A stretch of DNA of 64,000 nucleotides, taken from NCBI GenBank assembly GCA_030704615.1, contig CM060734.1:39308001-39372000 (forward strand), in the 5' to 3' direction. How positions within the stretch are numbered: position 1 is the first letter of the stretch; each line of letters starts with the position of its first letter. Under the pieces are notes generated by a model. That model did no database searches. It was not told the DNA's origin and saw only the letters and a list, made by a program, of their open reading frames with translations. The stretch is from Takakia lepidozioides (Eukaryota > Plantae > Bryophyta). Both the position numbers and the translations under genes were made by a program. Of this stretch, positions 40,301-53,700 are shown piece after piece.

Positions 40301-40482
40301 GTTGCATAAACTCTCTCTTGTACCGGCATTGTTTTAGTATGCAGCAGTCTGTATACACAGATGTGCTAACATTGTTTTAACATGAAGAATCTGATCTATG
40401 TTTGTTCTAAGTCTGTATTGATTACTAGTGTCTCCTTGCTATCCTAGAACTCGTGTAAGTCTGACTGCATTATTTCTTGAAA
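34324..40482 (+). mobile_element. Full-length degenerate Ty1/copia (copia-2) with half-tRNA PBS
   Basis: LTRs 34324-34594 and 40209-40482; TSD GTAAT/ATAAT (1 mismatch); PBS GGTTATGGGCCCAC 34595-34608; PPT TGAGTGGGAG; CHNCGEVGHWAREC, WHQRMAH, HSDICGP, RTDMGGEY, FDVKTAFLNG, FCDADYGG. Confidence 0.93.
38035..39431. mobile_element. Non-autonomous MULE-like element (1.4 kb) in copia-2 RT
   Basis: 9-bp TSD TTGCATATG (38026-38034, 39432-39440); GAG.G..GCTA ends with degenerate TIR and GTGAGC/GCTCAC repeats; removal restores RT EIAYATSIVAK. Confidence 0.8.
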
Positions 40483-42088
40483 ATAATTACTGGAGATCTA
40501 TATCAAGCATATCCAGTGCAAGATTCTTGGGTGTGTAAACCTAAAATGGATGGTTTAGACATATTAGATAGTGATTTCTGGCACGACAAAATTTTAGGCT
40601 ACGAATTGAAACAAGTAATGCGACAAACTAACATAGAGTTCATTGAGATTCACAATAGGTTCAGAGTAGCTGAACAAATAAATTATAATAGAACCATCAT
40701 AAATAAACTTTGCTATGGGAATCCCTCATCTGACCCTATATTCCCCAATCTATTTCTCAAAAATGAATCTACTCATGCCACAACAACATAACATTTGAAA
40801 AAACAAATGGCCAAGTTTATTTTTTCAAAGCAAATGATATAAACCATGATACATGTTCCTCCCATTTTCCTTTGTCCGCTGAACCAAACAGAACCCCAGG
40901 TCTACATGCAGAAATACAAGTGAAAACTAATATGTTGGTAGAATTGTGCGCTGGAAAGTACGCCACAAAGATGATGGGCTTATAAATTGAGTAGATGGTA
41001 TATCTAAATATTCTACGACAACGCGCACACAATCTTTAATTTGGATTCAATTCAATAACACGCGTATAGAACAACATACAAGACCGCGAATTCTCAATTA
41101 CGTTACATTCCTAAAAGTAATGTCAACATGGACCCCAATTGCAACCAAAGCCAAAGAAATACAAGTAAGGGAGAATTTCGATCATATAATTATACGCATC
41201 TAATTTCTTGTCCAACTTGCAATAACACAAATTATACATCGTGCTCAAGGGTTGACCTTTGATCATTGGCTTTGGATCCGAAAGGTGTTACAAGTCATGG
41301 TCTAAGTACACAACTTTGTGTAGAATAAGGGAAAAAGAGCACCTATATGTTTTGAACCCACTCAAACCTAAAAATTTCAACATCGATAAGTCAAATAAGA
41401 CGTCTTACAACAAGAAATTGTCACCACCTATCATATCACAATTGTGATATTCTTTTTTGGTCATTCAAACATTAAATACTCGTTCGTTAAATCAATATCA
41501 TTCTGATATTATATGCGATCCAAACCTTCAAGCTTCACATATCTTATGCTTGAATGAAACACACCTTATCTAATTTAAATTGGAACACTTTCATTGATCA
41601 CACCCATTTTTCTTTTGTAGCATGTCATGATGATCATGGCACTGTCATCTTATACGACACTCAAACTATTTTCTCGCAACATGAAACACATACATATGAT
41701 GGTGCCAACTTCATTTCCGCAACCTTCAACATAAATTCACGACGAGCATTAAATATAATTATAATTTATAAACCTCCCAAAATATCATTACAAACTTTCT
41801 TATTACATTTGGAGAATATGTACAATAAAATCACTGTTGCCCAACCACATTTATTGAGGATTTCAATGTTGATAAGATATAAAAAAAACTTCTCAATCTA
41901 TCATGCTTCAAGATACTATCAAACTCGTAGAATTTCAATTAATGTGCAAAGAGAGTACAACAGACTATAACTCTCAACTCGATCATATATGGATAAATGC
42001 GCCACTTCAGCCATGTGAATCAGGTATGACTGAAGAATACTACTCGACCGATCACAAACCAGTTTATCTTGCATTCAAACCATGTTAG
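40483..42088 (+). pseudogene. PIF1-family helicase C-terminal half followed by an EEP (APE-like) endonuclease, frameshifted
   Basis: TGDLYQAYPVQD, ELKQVMRQ, GLHAEIQVK..DGLIN, IHRAQGLTFD; then NTRSL, NETH, YKPP, DFNV, TTDYNSQLDHIW, STDHKP. Confidence 0.85.
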
Positions 42089-42586
42089 TTGTTTTATTCA
42101 TCCAACAAAAGATTAATCCACTTCAACAATATAACTATCGCTCTTCTAAGTTTAAAAATGATTATGCACATTGATTTGCCAATATCCACCGATATCAGTA
42201 TATCTGTCCTCTATCCTTATTACACAATATTTATCCCTTAGATTTAAATCAACATAAAATTAAAAAATCATCATTATAAATAGCGTATATTCCATCATTT
42301 GCGATCTTACAAAATCTTTATTGCTTAAACCAGTCACGAGGAGAAAAGAAATAAGATGGTTTTCCCATTATAAATGGATTTTGCATTTAGATTATTATCA
42401 TTAATAATATAATATAATATAATATAATTTAGTGTATGCATAGTTCTATTTTTTCCTTAAATTATATGACTTACTTCTGTTTTCTCATTTAACATGTGGA
42501 TTAGGGCATGTTCAAGCCGCCATACTATGTCGTCATTAGTGTATGGCGACCTGCTGGTTTTTCCATACACTAATGATGTACACTAG

Positions 42587-43170
42587 TGGCCCGCGGCACT
42601 ATCCTGAATATGCTCATCAGGAGAAGCTTGCACCGATTTCTGGGAGAGAAGTTAAGTATGTTGCAGGTAGAAAGGGAATTGTGATGACCCTTGGTTTCCA
42701 CATTACTCCTTGCTTGTGGCCCCAGTCATGGGTCCAAGGAAAAAAGAAAACCTTCGCAGCAGAACTGTAGCGCCATCTCTGCTTCCACTGGAGAACAAAA
42801 AAGTACCAGGTAGAAACCTCTGCCCATGGGCAAACAAAAGTGATGAGCAAAGTCCTCCTTCAGCGCCAAGGTGCCCGGCTAGCCATATGCGAACCATTTC
42901 CCAGACCTGAGTTTGCCCGGGAAATAGAGTAGAATCCCCCTTTAAGAGAGTTTTTGTGCCTGGGATTTAAGGTTCTTCTTATCCAGGGCCAGCACAGGCT
43001 GTCCGTCGACCTCCTGGTGGATGGAGTCTTCCCACATTCCTTCGTCTGACAACGGGGATTGCATAGATTGAGCGACGGGCCTGGACCTTTGCCCAAGATG
43101 GAGTCTCCCGATCCATTGGAGATGGATATGTTTTTGATAATCCACTTTGATTTCCCTCCATGGATAGCTA
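42587..43170 (-). pseudogene. L1-type LINE ORF1 (DUF4283-like) remnant
   Basis: PSWAKV near the start; another frame reads LPMGRGFYLVLFCSPVEAEMAL...FLFSLDP, resembling plant LINE ORF1; frameshifted. Confidence 0.55.
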
Positions 43171-44767
43171 GCGTGGAGTGAGAGCGTTGGGCTGCTCCCG
43201 AGCGTTGCGCAGAGCCGCCTCTGTTTCCTCATTTGCTCGTTGTTCCTTGGGCATTCATGGCTGTAACTTAGATAAAAGAGGCACCACTGTCAAAGCTTGT
43301 ATCTAGCAGCACCAGCACTATCACATACAAGTCCCACCAATTCTTAGGAAGCGATGTTACGCACCAGACAAGAAGAGAGGGAACACTATAGAAATGTGTC
43401 AATGAAGGAGTTCGGCTAGAAAGGCCTGGGAGCACCAGGTCACACCCAGCTTATAGAAGGGTGTAACGGGCAATCACAGCGAAGAACGTATGGAGCAGCC
43501 TGTATCCTACAGAAAGGAGATGTATGAAGAAGCACTCATTCAATAACTGACAGTCTTCCTTCGATCGAGAGCTGCAAGCCAAACAAGGATTGAAAGCAGA
43601 TAAGCCTTTTTTTGGGAGGGTAAAAGCATGTCATGAAAGAAGGGGAGGGGGAAGGATCATTCCTTTGCGATAATTAGCCGCCATAGATGGAGCCGCCCAA
43701 ATGCTTTGGGAGTAACACTGCCTGCGTTGTGTTCATGAATGCAACAGACTTTCGCTCTACATTATGGGGGCATGTTGCCAACCTGAGCTGGAGGAGTACA
43801 AATGAGCTTAATATCGCCCGCTAAACAGTCAAGGGATGGCTGTTTCTGTCGGGGGAGAATCTACTCTTAATGTGATCGCGGGGAATCGCGCCACCAGCTA
43901 GGGAAAGAGAAAGAAACGAGAAAGGGAGTTCGTGGATGATAGAGGGAAGGCAGTGAGTTTGAGGGAAAGAATAGAGGGAAGAGAAGAAGAAAGCTCTCTC
44001 ACCGCAAACTGTGGAGCCCCTTTACATCACGCATCCGGTATTACAATACTATCATTATCCTGGAGCTCGTATTGTTTTTGTTTTTGTTTTTGTTCTTTTT
44101 TTTTGGCGAAAAGCGGAAGTCCTTGAGAATTTTATTAAGATTATTGAATTTTGTTTTCCATTTATATAAATCAATCAAAGAAAAACAAAAGGACAGAAGA
44201 TTGGTTCTAAAGCCTAACTAACTTTAATCACACGTGGCAGTTTTAACGGTTAGGTGGGGTCGTCTCTCTGCTGGGATCCGTTTTTTTCTCCCTCTGCTGA
44301 AGGCTTCATTTTCGAGTCCTTGCTCGGTGTGTAGGATCGTGGGCCCTGATGCTTTCTTGCAAAGAATGCAGTATCTAACAGGCTGCCTGATCGAAGTTTT
44401 CTTGATAGTATGGTCTTCCCTCTGTGGCAGTCCTGGAGGCAGTCTGAAACACCACTTTGCACGTCTTCCGTCAATTGTCTCTTCACACATTTCCTTTCCC
44501 GTCTTATGTATCTTTTCTTTTGAACCTCTGTGCCTGTGCTGTGGAGGAATTTCTGTCTCCAGTGCTGTTCCCTGTAGACAGCCATTCCTTCTCATCTCTC
44601 TGCCTTAATAAAACTTTTGTACCCTAGTTTCAACTTTCAAAGACATGATACTGAATCACTACTTTTCTGATTGTGTTGCATTCCTGTCAGGACCTTGCAC
44701 CTGCCAGTGTCTTAGTAAGTTTTCTAATATGCATGCCCTGTAGCTACATGAAAACCTATAGGACGTC

Positions 44768-47700
44768 ATGGATGGGGCAATTCTGCCTCTGAATTTCTAC
44801 TGTCGCAATGCACAGTTATGCCTGAAAAAGGCATCCGATTCCAAAAAGTCCCATCTGTCTACAGGTGAATTGCAGCATCTGAAAGCCTTTACCACACTGG
44901 TTTCAACCACAATTCCTTCACACCCTCTTTATCTTGAACGGAAAGAGGAGAAACCCCTATTGGAACTCCAATCGTATTTAACCGATGCCACGAAACGGAT
45001 TGTAGAGCTTGAAGCAGAGGGTCCTTGTGGCAGACCACCTCTGACAACCAATGGAAAAGTAAGCAGGTTGAAAGTAGACAAATCCGCAGATCGATCAGCT
45101 GACAGTACAAGACAGCTTGTGGACCTTGAAACTGAGGGACCTTGTGGTAGAACACTTCTCACTACTAATGCTAAAGTAAGCAGGCTGAACACAGACAAAT
45201 CCATGGATAGGTTATTTAGAACCAGGCCCAATTCCCCACAAGTTTTGTCTCCAAAATCCATGCCAGATTCAGTGTCAAAGTCCCAAACAAGAGTACAAAA
45301 ATTGCAAAGGAGGCGACCAGAGGAGGCTCAACAGTGCAAAGTGACTTGGTCACCAGAAATGAATGAAACATATGGAGTTGTGAGCAAATCAGCCCCCTCC
45401 CGCAGATCTACCCCTACCATCCAAAGACTGAAGAATGTGACGGACTCTATGGCTGCAGATTCAAAACCACAGCACCATCAACACCACAGCAGCAAGGATT
45501 CCACAAAATCTCAGGCTTTGGTGAACCCTGCACCAGGTACTACAATATCTGGATGCCTTGAGTAATTTGCAATATCAGTAGCCTGTAGACGATTGAAATT
45601 TGGCAACGAATATTAATGAGGGTTCTTTATGTTGGCAATCTATTGGGCCCCGTAAAAGGTCTACCTTCATGCAGCCCTCGAGACCCCAAGACGCTGCTGC
45701 CAAGCCACTGCAAAGTCCCAGTTGCACTAGATTCCTACTCCATATCCTTTGGTGGTTTGCCAGTAATGTATGCTCATAGCATGTCATGCAGGTGAGATTA
45801 CACCATATCGTTCAAAGGGAGGAAAAGACATACCCCGCTTGAGAGCATTGGGTCGAAACCAAGGCAAGCCATGCATGAAAAGCTCGGAGATGGCCCATAA
45901 TGACGAACAAGAGTTGTTGCCAGAGAATTCCTTTGTATCCATTCAAGAGCAGGGAAGCCCGAATGTGAAACGTGGTGTCCATGGTTCCGCACATACATGT
46001 GCCATTCATAGTGTGGTCCGTGGCACAGAGGTTGTGAGACGGAACCAAGAAGCCTTGCCCAGTGCAGAAGGTGGGGGTAATGTGGGAGGTAAAGATTTAT
46101 TGAAAGGTTTGTCATCTGCAGGTTCACGTGGGGGGTGGGTGCGCAGACTTATTCAAAGGGAGGAATCAGATGTTGGAATGGGTGCACACTTGACGGAAAG
46201 GGAGGGGTGCACAGGAGGGCATATGCACACCAATGGGACTGATGTGCATGAACAGGAGGATGCTTCCTGGCGCACAATGCACCTTGGGGACTCCCTTACA
46301 GATATAAGGGGTCTTGAGGAGAGGAATGAGGGTTTTCGAGGAGTGAAAACAGTGTCGGACTGCAGGCAATATGGTCCAAGCCGATCAGGAACTGAACATG
46401 ACTGGCACCGACACATGGTGCGGGGTGAGGGTTTACGGGAGTGGAAAGGGGGATTTGCCAGAGGACAATGTCTACATGAGCTTGAAGGGGACAACCTGCG
46501 GGTAGAGAGAGAGGGAAGTGGTGGCTACAGCGAGCGGAGTAGCCCTGCAAGAGGCCTTGGCCACAGGTTAGACCTTGGGAAAAAGGGAGAGATTCGACCT
46601 GCATCTGCACCTCGGAGAATGCAAGGAGCATCTGGGGAGCGAAGGGTGCATCCACCAAACGAAGGGAGAATTGAAGTAGAGATCAATGATGAGAGAGAAA
46701 CAAAAGTTGCAGGAACATTCAAAACAAAGAGGACAAAGGTTGTGAAGGAAGATTGTGAGAGGTTTCGGCTCCAAATGAAGATGTTAAAAGAGAAAGCCGA
46801 GGACTCCAGAATCAGAGAAGTAGAGGTCGAGGGAATGGCAGACAGTCTACAGAGGAGGCTTGTTGATGAAATGGATTTGGTCACCCTTGGGAATGGGAAT
46901 GGGCCAAGAGAAGTCAGGCAAAGACAAGCCACCAGGGGACGGAACGGTGAGAAAAATAGAGTGAACTTCAGAGATGTCTATACTCTTTTACAAAGTCCCA
47001 CACATAATGGTGGGGATGCTAGTAAGAAGGTGGATGGTGGAGAGAGAGTTGGCTACGGAAGCCTAGGAAAGCTGGAAGGGGGCTCTCCTGGCCGCTCCTC
47101 AAAAGGTACAGGAAATTCTTCCCCTTCACTAGGCAGGCGTTCCCAAAGAAAAAAAGCAGATGAGACCAAAGATGCGCATACTGAATTCGAGGCCCGCAGA
47201 GTTACGTTGACCGGATGCCTCTCTTCATACTCAAATTCCACAAATTCCTCTACTTCAGGCTCATCCTCCCCCTCTCTCTCCTCTCTCCCTCTCTCTCATT
47301 ATATTCAGAAGCTGAAGCACCTGGCCCCAAAGTCTCCATCCAGCCACAACTTGTTCACGTCTTTTAGCAAGGCTGCAGGAGGGTGCTGCAATTTTGATCG
47401 CAAGCACAATTCTGATAGCACAGATACAGCCACAGCCATCTCCTTAGCAGTCGGCGGCGACAACGAACGCGACTCAGTTCTCATGTCTCCAAGATCTCCT
47501 GCCGTTCTGTTGCCCAAGCCTCCGACCAGCAGTCATGCACAGGATTGTTCATTGGGATCCCAATGCAATAACTCAGCTGGGTCATATTCCTCTTTAAATA
47601 GGATTCTTGGAGGTTGTGCAATGGTTGCCAGTCAACTTCAACAACAACAAAAGGAGGGGAAATCAAGTGGCAAACATGGCCCCAAGTTCTTGATCTCAGC

Positions 47701-50700
47701 TGAAGATTTAAGCTTACAGGGTCTGAGCAGCCATTTTAGTGAGGCAAGTGTTTAACCACTCCACAATCTTCCATATGGGAATGCTATAATTGAGGAAATT
47801 TCATTCAGCAAACTTTTTCGTTTCTTGGTCCTTCTGGTATGATAGAAGCCTCCATCTGCCTACACTGCTAGATAGCAAGGATTTCCCAAGAATAGATATA
47901 TTTTGAAGTGCTGGAAACTACTCGATTGATGTATGGCTCGGGTCGACAGGGCATTTATTATGAGGCATATGATGAAAAACTGGCTAACATCCAGAGATTG
48001 GTGGGCGAACTCAAAGGCTCAGTTGAGGGGTTCAAAATCCGCATTGAGGTGGAGAGTGAGGGCTGGCGAGGCCGCGTAGAAGGCTTAGAAAAGGAGATGG
48101 AGACTTTGAAAGACGAGGCAGATGATGAAATCTTAGAAACAAAGCGCAGTATTCGCAATGAAGTCAAAGTAAAGCTGGGGGAGCTGCTTGCTGATGCAGA
48201 GAAAATCAGAAGGGAAGAGAAGGAACAGGTATATGCTATCATCATGATTGCGTTTCTGCCAAATGCATGCCTCAATGTACTAAACAGTTCAGGAAGGCCA
48301 TACTGTTGAAATCCTTGGTCCTCCACATCCATACCTCCCTAAGTCAGTGTTCTTGTGTGTGCCAAGTACTGCCTGAAAGTGTAGTTACTATGCCAGATTG
48401 TTGGACTTAAAAGTGGGTGAATTGTACAGTGGAATCTGTTCGGTTTTTAGCTAGGCACGACATCTTATATGCTGTAGATCACTGCTGGACTTTGTGAAAG
48501 CCCTGCAAAACACAAGAGTTATTGCCTATCCACAGCTTCAGATTTCTACTTCAGCATTCTGCTTGTTTCTTGTTGGTAGGACATTTGTGGAAATGCTTGC
48601 TACGAGTCAGATTCTCTCTGTCTGGACAAGTAACTGCAGATCTTGTGAACACCGTGTGGCTCACAGGGGTTAAAGGTGTGGCATTACCCTTGTTTTGTAA
48701 AGAGATTTGTAAAGCTTGGAGATTGTTGGGTCATTATCATCCACAATAGATACTGGTGAAATGTACTAACAATTTCTCATCTGTGTCTGAACATTTGCGG
48801 GTTGGGACTCTGAGCAGGTGGAGTCACTAGTTGATGGAAGGATAGAAAAGCGGCTGGCTGAGAAAGACATCGGCATGGCAGAGATGAAAAGTGAGATACG
48901 ACTTCTGTGGGCAGAGGTGGAAGCCCTCTCCAGGGCGAGAGAAGAGGTTCAAGGCCATGTTGACCATCTAACACAAGTGGACCAGACCGCACGAGAGCAT
49001 GCCAACCATGAACAGCATCTCTTGAAATCAGAAAATACCTTTTTGCGAAAACAGCTGCAGTCCCTGAACAATGATGGAGTGCAGGTGGGGGCCCTTTCTT
49101 GTTTTGTAGTACCAAGTTCTAACAGAAACAGAGAGATGCACTCATTAGAATTGACCTTATTGTTGGTTGAGTTGGCCTTCAGTATTACTTCTCAAGTGTA
49201 CTGGCTCTTATGATTTTGAAGCTCTTCCACACGTGTGGGTAGTGGTCAGTCACGGCTATGGACATTGAAACACTCAACACTTATTGTCAGGTGCTTGTAT
49301 ATGACATGACTACCAGGAAGGTGCAGATCTTTCTTTTGGGCCATCGGAGCATATGGACTTTTCAGGAGACCTACAGAAGTTATAAGTTACAACCACTGGA
49401 TAATACTCAATGTCAATTTTATGTTTTTCTATAGTTAAATTGCACACTAGCTGCTTTATTGAGTTGGTGTCCACATTTATTTAGTTGATACAGCATGCTA
49501 ATGCAGGTGAGGTTAGACTCAGACCCTTTCCAGGTGGAAAGGGAGGACTTAAAGCAAGCTATGGAGAAGCTGAAAGAGGAGGGAACTAACATGAAGCTTG
49601 AGATCCAGGGTCTCAAGAAAATAGAGAAAGTGTTGAAGGTAACAATGCTAGAGTATTTGGACTTGGAGTGTTTATTTGTAGTTTGAAGTTTGCGAACTAA
49701 AGTAGCTGTGGCACCCGGGGTGCTGAACAAATGGTGAATGTTCTGGATACTACTGTCATACATGTCGCCGTTACTGCAGATTATCCAGTTGTGGATACGT
49801 TGAAATGGATTCTTACTTAATCACTGCAGTCCTACTGAAATTTTGCTCTAGAAACTATGTTTCTTACAGTTCATCCCCCTCAGGACCTCTTAGGCACTGC
49901 TTCCGGATATGTCCTGGAAATGGTCTAGGAACTTGGAATTCTGACCCTGAAAGGAAAGTGCTGTAAAAGCATTGAGTGTTATGTTAGGGACAATAATGCA
50001 CGAGTGGACTGCGACCTAGCTCTGAAATTCATTTTGGATCTTTTTTCTTAGGTGGAGATTGAGAATCTACATAATCATGTGGAGAAGATGCAAGAGGACT
50101 CTGAAGGCTTGGAGAGGGAGAGAGGCACGTCACAAATTGAAAGTGCGCGAGAGAGACTGTTAATTATGGAGAGAGTAGAGAGCCTCTCACAGCTCTATCT
50201 GGGGGGATTGGAAGAGGTTCGAGCAGACATTTTGAACGTGAAGTACAGTTGCCGTGATCGGGTAGATGAATTAGAGAGCCAGTGGGGCGAGTTCAAACGT
50301 CAACAAGAGAATTCCTCTGAGGAGGGGTCGTCCTTGGTTCCACGGCAGGTAAGTCTGAATCATAGCATCCTTTGCACAGTCCACTTTTTCATTTGCATGC
50401 AATGTGTTGATTTAAATGACAAGTTCTATGTGCTTTTAATATTGCAATTTTCTCTTTGTTGTGGTGCTGTGCATCAGTAGACTTTCTTGGTGCAATCCTG
50501 CATAAACTGACGACAACTGCAGAGCCTTCCATGCCCCTCTCTGAGGGACTTCAATAACTGATAACTATTCAATGGTAACATGTACAAGTGTTAGCTCTTC
50601 CGTCCACTGTGGGGTCTGTTCAAGGGCTGCTGGTTTGTCATTCTGTGATAAAGACATGAAATTGTTGAACCAGATTTGGCCACTAAGTTCTTCATGGCAG

Positions 50701-53700
50701 GCATGTCAGATAGTTTTCAACTGTAATGATGGGAACTAAATAATTGTGAACGCATTGCTCTCTCCTCCTTCAAGAGGCAACAATGGCTTTTCAGTGTGGT
50801 GATGTTCTGCAATTGCAAACATATTGTTTCGCAATTATGGTGACAGCTGCTTCTTGATGAGCTGGATCATTTCCGTCATGAAATGGTGGAAATGGTTGAG
50901 ACTGAACGAGGCCTCCTTCGTGAGACACTCGAGAGGGAAAGCGGATCAATATGGCACCATGCAATGGATGTCTGTTCCAACAACAAGAGTGAAATAATGA
51001 GCATGCTCAAGGTGGAGGTCCAGAACCGTTTGCACAGTGCAAGAGAAAAAGTTTTGCTAATGACTGAAACACTCAAGGGAGACATGGACAGCTTAAAATT
51101 TGAGCTCGGGCAGGCCCGGGTATGGATACGTCACACTGTCCAAATTCAGTTTAAATTGACTATCATTCTTTCAACTCTTCTCTTTCTTTGATCTCGGACT
51201 TTTGCTATAAGAAAGTTTTATTCATACAACAAAGCATAGGTTAGAGTTGTAACTAGGCAGTCCCATTGCTCAACAGATTGGAACAGGTCGAATCTCATGG
51301 CAATGTTAAAACATGTGGAGCTTGGACTGGGGGACTTTTTATCCTCTGCCTTCCAAGAAGGATTATTCCCCTCAGGATTTTGTGCTAGTTCTATATAAAA
51401 TCCTGCTGTGGCTGTTGTCCAGAGTGTCCTTGACTGGAAAGGAAGTCAAGATCAAAAACTGTGCTGGTTACAACTGTACAAAGGGGAAGTACCGGGAGAC
51501 ATCTTCTCCAGCCATCTCTTTTGGTATTTTTGGCTGGAAACCAATCAAAGAAAGAACAGAAGTGTCTACAAGTTTGCAAGTTCAGACACCAGTCACAGCC
51601 ATTCTGAATAGGAAAACATCAGGAGTCAACGAGTTGATGTGTTGTTGTCTTTTGATTATCCCAGTATCTGTTGTGACTACAAGCACCAAGACGACAATGT
51701 AAGGTATCAAAACACAACCAAATACATTTCCTGAAGTGCACATCCTGGCGGTCCACAGGAAGGGGCAGAAGGTCTGGGACGAGCTGTGTCAATGGTGGAA
51801 AGAGAAAAAGACATGGCAGCGGCAGCAGCAGCTGAAGCCACCATGGCAGCTGCCAAAGCTGGTGACATCCTCACCGAAATGCTGGAATCTTTCGGCTCTG
51901 AAATGGCAAATGCCCGACGCAAGAGTTTACAGCTTCAGGTGGTGCTTCGAGCATCAACATAGGGAATCGTATGGTGTTGGGCAGTGGTATATCTAGGCAA
52001 TTCATGCAGTTAAATCGTCTCAAATTGCACCTATGAAAAGTGAATTGTTGAGGTCAACATAAAGGACATGTGACAATATCTGACTAAGGTGGACATATGA
52101 AGACACTTCTGTCAATTGTGCATGCTCAGTATGTTGCTTTCTGTACCTAACATGTGCAAAGTCTGCAACTGGCTTCAGGAGAATCTAGCTATTGAAAGAG
52201 ATATGGCAGCAGCAGCAGCTTCTGAGGCTAGGAGAGTGAGCGAAGAGTTGATGAAAGAGAAAGAGTTTGCCCTTCTTGCTGTTGCAGAAGCACGGCAAAA
52301 GAACCAGGAGCTGCAAGACTACTTGGAGCGAGAAAGATCTAAGATCCTGAGCACAATGGCTCTTGTCCACAAGGAAAGAGAAACGGCCTCACAAGCTGCA
52401 TCTGAAGCTACCTCATCTGCCCTCAAAGCTGGAGAAGTGCTGGCCGAAGTCCTAGGCTCCTTCAACTCAGAGATGACAAAAGCACGAAGAATGAGTATTC
52501 AATTGCAGGTATGTATTCCTTTTTCAGTTAGACGAATCAAAAGAGTGCCTACTGGGAGAATCTTGGGCATGACCAGAATGAGCTACAGTGAGGGGTTAGG
52601 ATCATTACATCCTTGCGTACTACTAGGGGAAAGATTCCATACGTCCACCCATATTTCTTTGTGTCGCTCACTGCTAGCACAATCCACTTCCTTTGCAAAT
52701 TCCATTAAAGCTTGGTGGATATTGTCTGGTCCCCCAGAAAGTGGTTGAGCATCTTGGGACCAATTGCTGTGACCATTGTTGAACTGTTTGCAACTGCTGT
52801 ACGGGTCGTATATCTCCTTTTGTGGTGTAAAGGAGCGAGACTCATTTTTTTTTTGTAACCAACACAATACCTTAGCAAACCAAGAATTGAGTGCAATAAT
52901 ACCTCTCGGCTCTCTTGCATTCAGCTCTCATGTGAATCTGTTAAGACAGCATTGTAGTTTCGTGAGATCCTCCTCTTTAGTTTTTTGTAGATGTACACCT
53001 GCCGGGTACCCTGCTGGATCCTAATTGGTATAATTATGAATGGAAATGGCACTGACCATCATTCCATTGCGAGAAATCTACTGTCCATGCTGCAGGAGGG
53101 TCTGGAGAAGGAGAGAGAAGGGCTGGAGCACGAGAGAGAGGTGGCGATCCAGCATAGCCAAGAAGCGCAGGACCGCTTCAGCGAGGACCTTGAGCTCGCA
53201 GTTGCTGGCTGGAAACGGGCAATGAACGCGGAAGTTGCTAAAGCCAAAGAAGTCACTGAGGGGCTCAAGGAAGAGAAACGACGTGCATCTTTCACCTTGG
53301 AGCAAGCATCCCTTGTTTCCAATCAGATCACAACGAGCCACCAAGCACAGAATGATCTAGAATGCTACATCTCCAAGGTGAAATAGCCCCTGATTTTCTC
53401 AACTTTGCATTAGAGACCTTGTATTCTTGGATCTACTAACAGGAATAATGCATAGGAGGAGAAGCCTCTGTCATTGGAGCTTAGGGTCTGAAAGTTTGTT
53501 CAGACTCTAGGACGTTTTTGGAGATTCTCTGTTAAACATGAAGTGATTATATCTGTCTTTCTCCTCAGAAGTCTTCTGCAGGGAACTTGAGAGAACAGGT
53601 GAACAACTTGTGTTCAGTACAAATGCTAAGTCTAATCTACTAACATATCAAAGAACTGGCATTCAGACGGAGGATGCCCTTAGCAGTCTCTCAACGACTG

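Larger units (their letters stand above)
27760..42586 (+). mobile_element. Decayed Helitron/Helentron-like element (OTU-like + PIF1 helicase + EEP endonuclease) split by CACTA and copia-2; 5' end not defined
   Basis: OTU-like AGDNLFNSIAFLL..LRQ (~27780-27900); helicase KMAY..K|AAFDIDGSTIHS, LLVLDEISLV, FGGLNIVI|TGDLYQ, LKQVMRQ, IHRAQGLTFD; endonuclease NTRSL..LCLNETH, IYKPP, DFNV, LDHIW, TDHKP; hairpin + CTAG at 42533-42586. Confidence 0.75.

Noticed and set aside
42617-44608. Separate host gene divergent from the coiled-coil gene
   Set aside because: Frames are broken; the best motif match is LINE ORF1 and the rest looks like UTR or promoter
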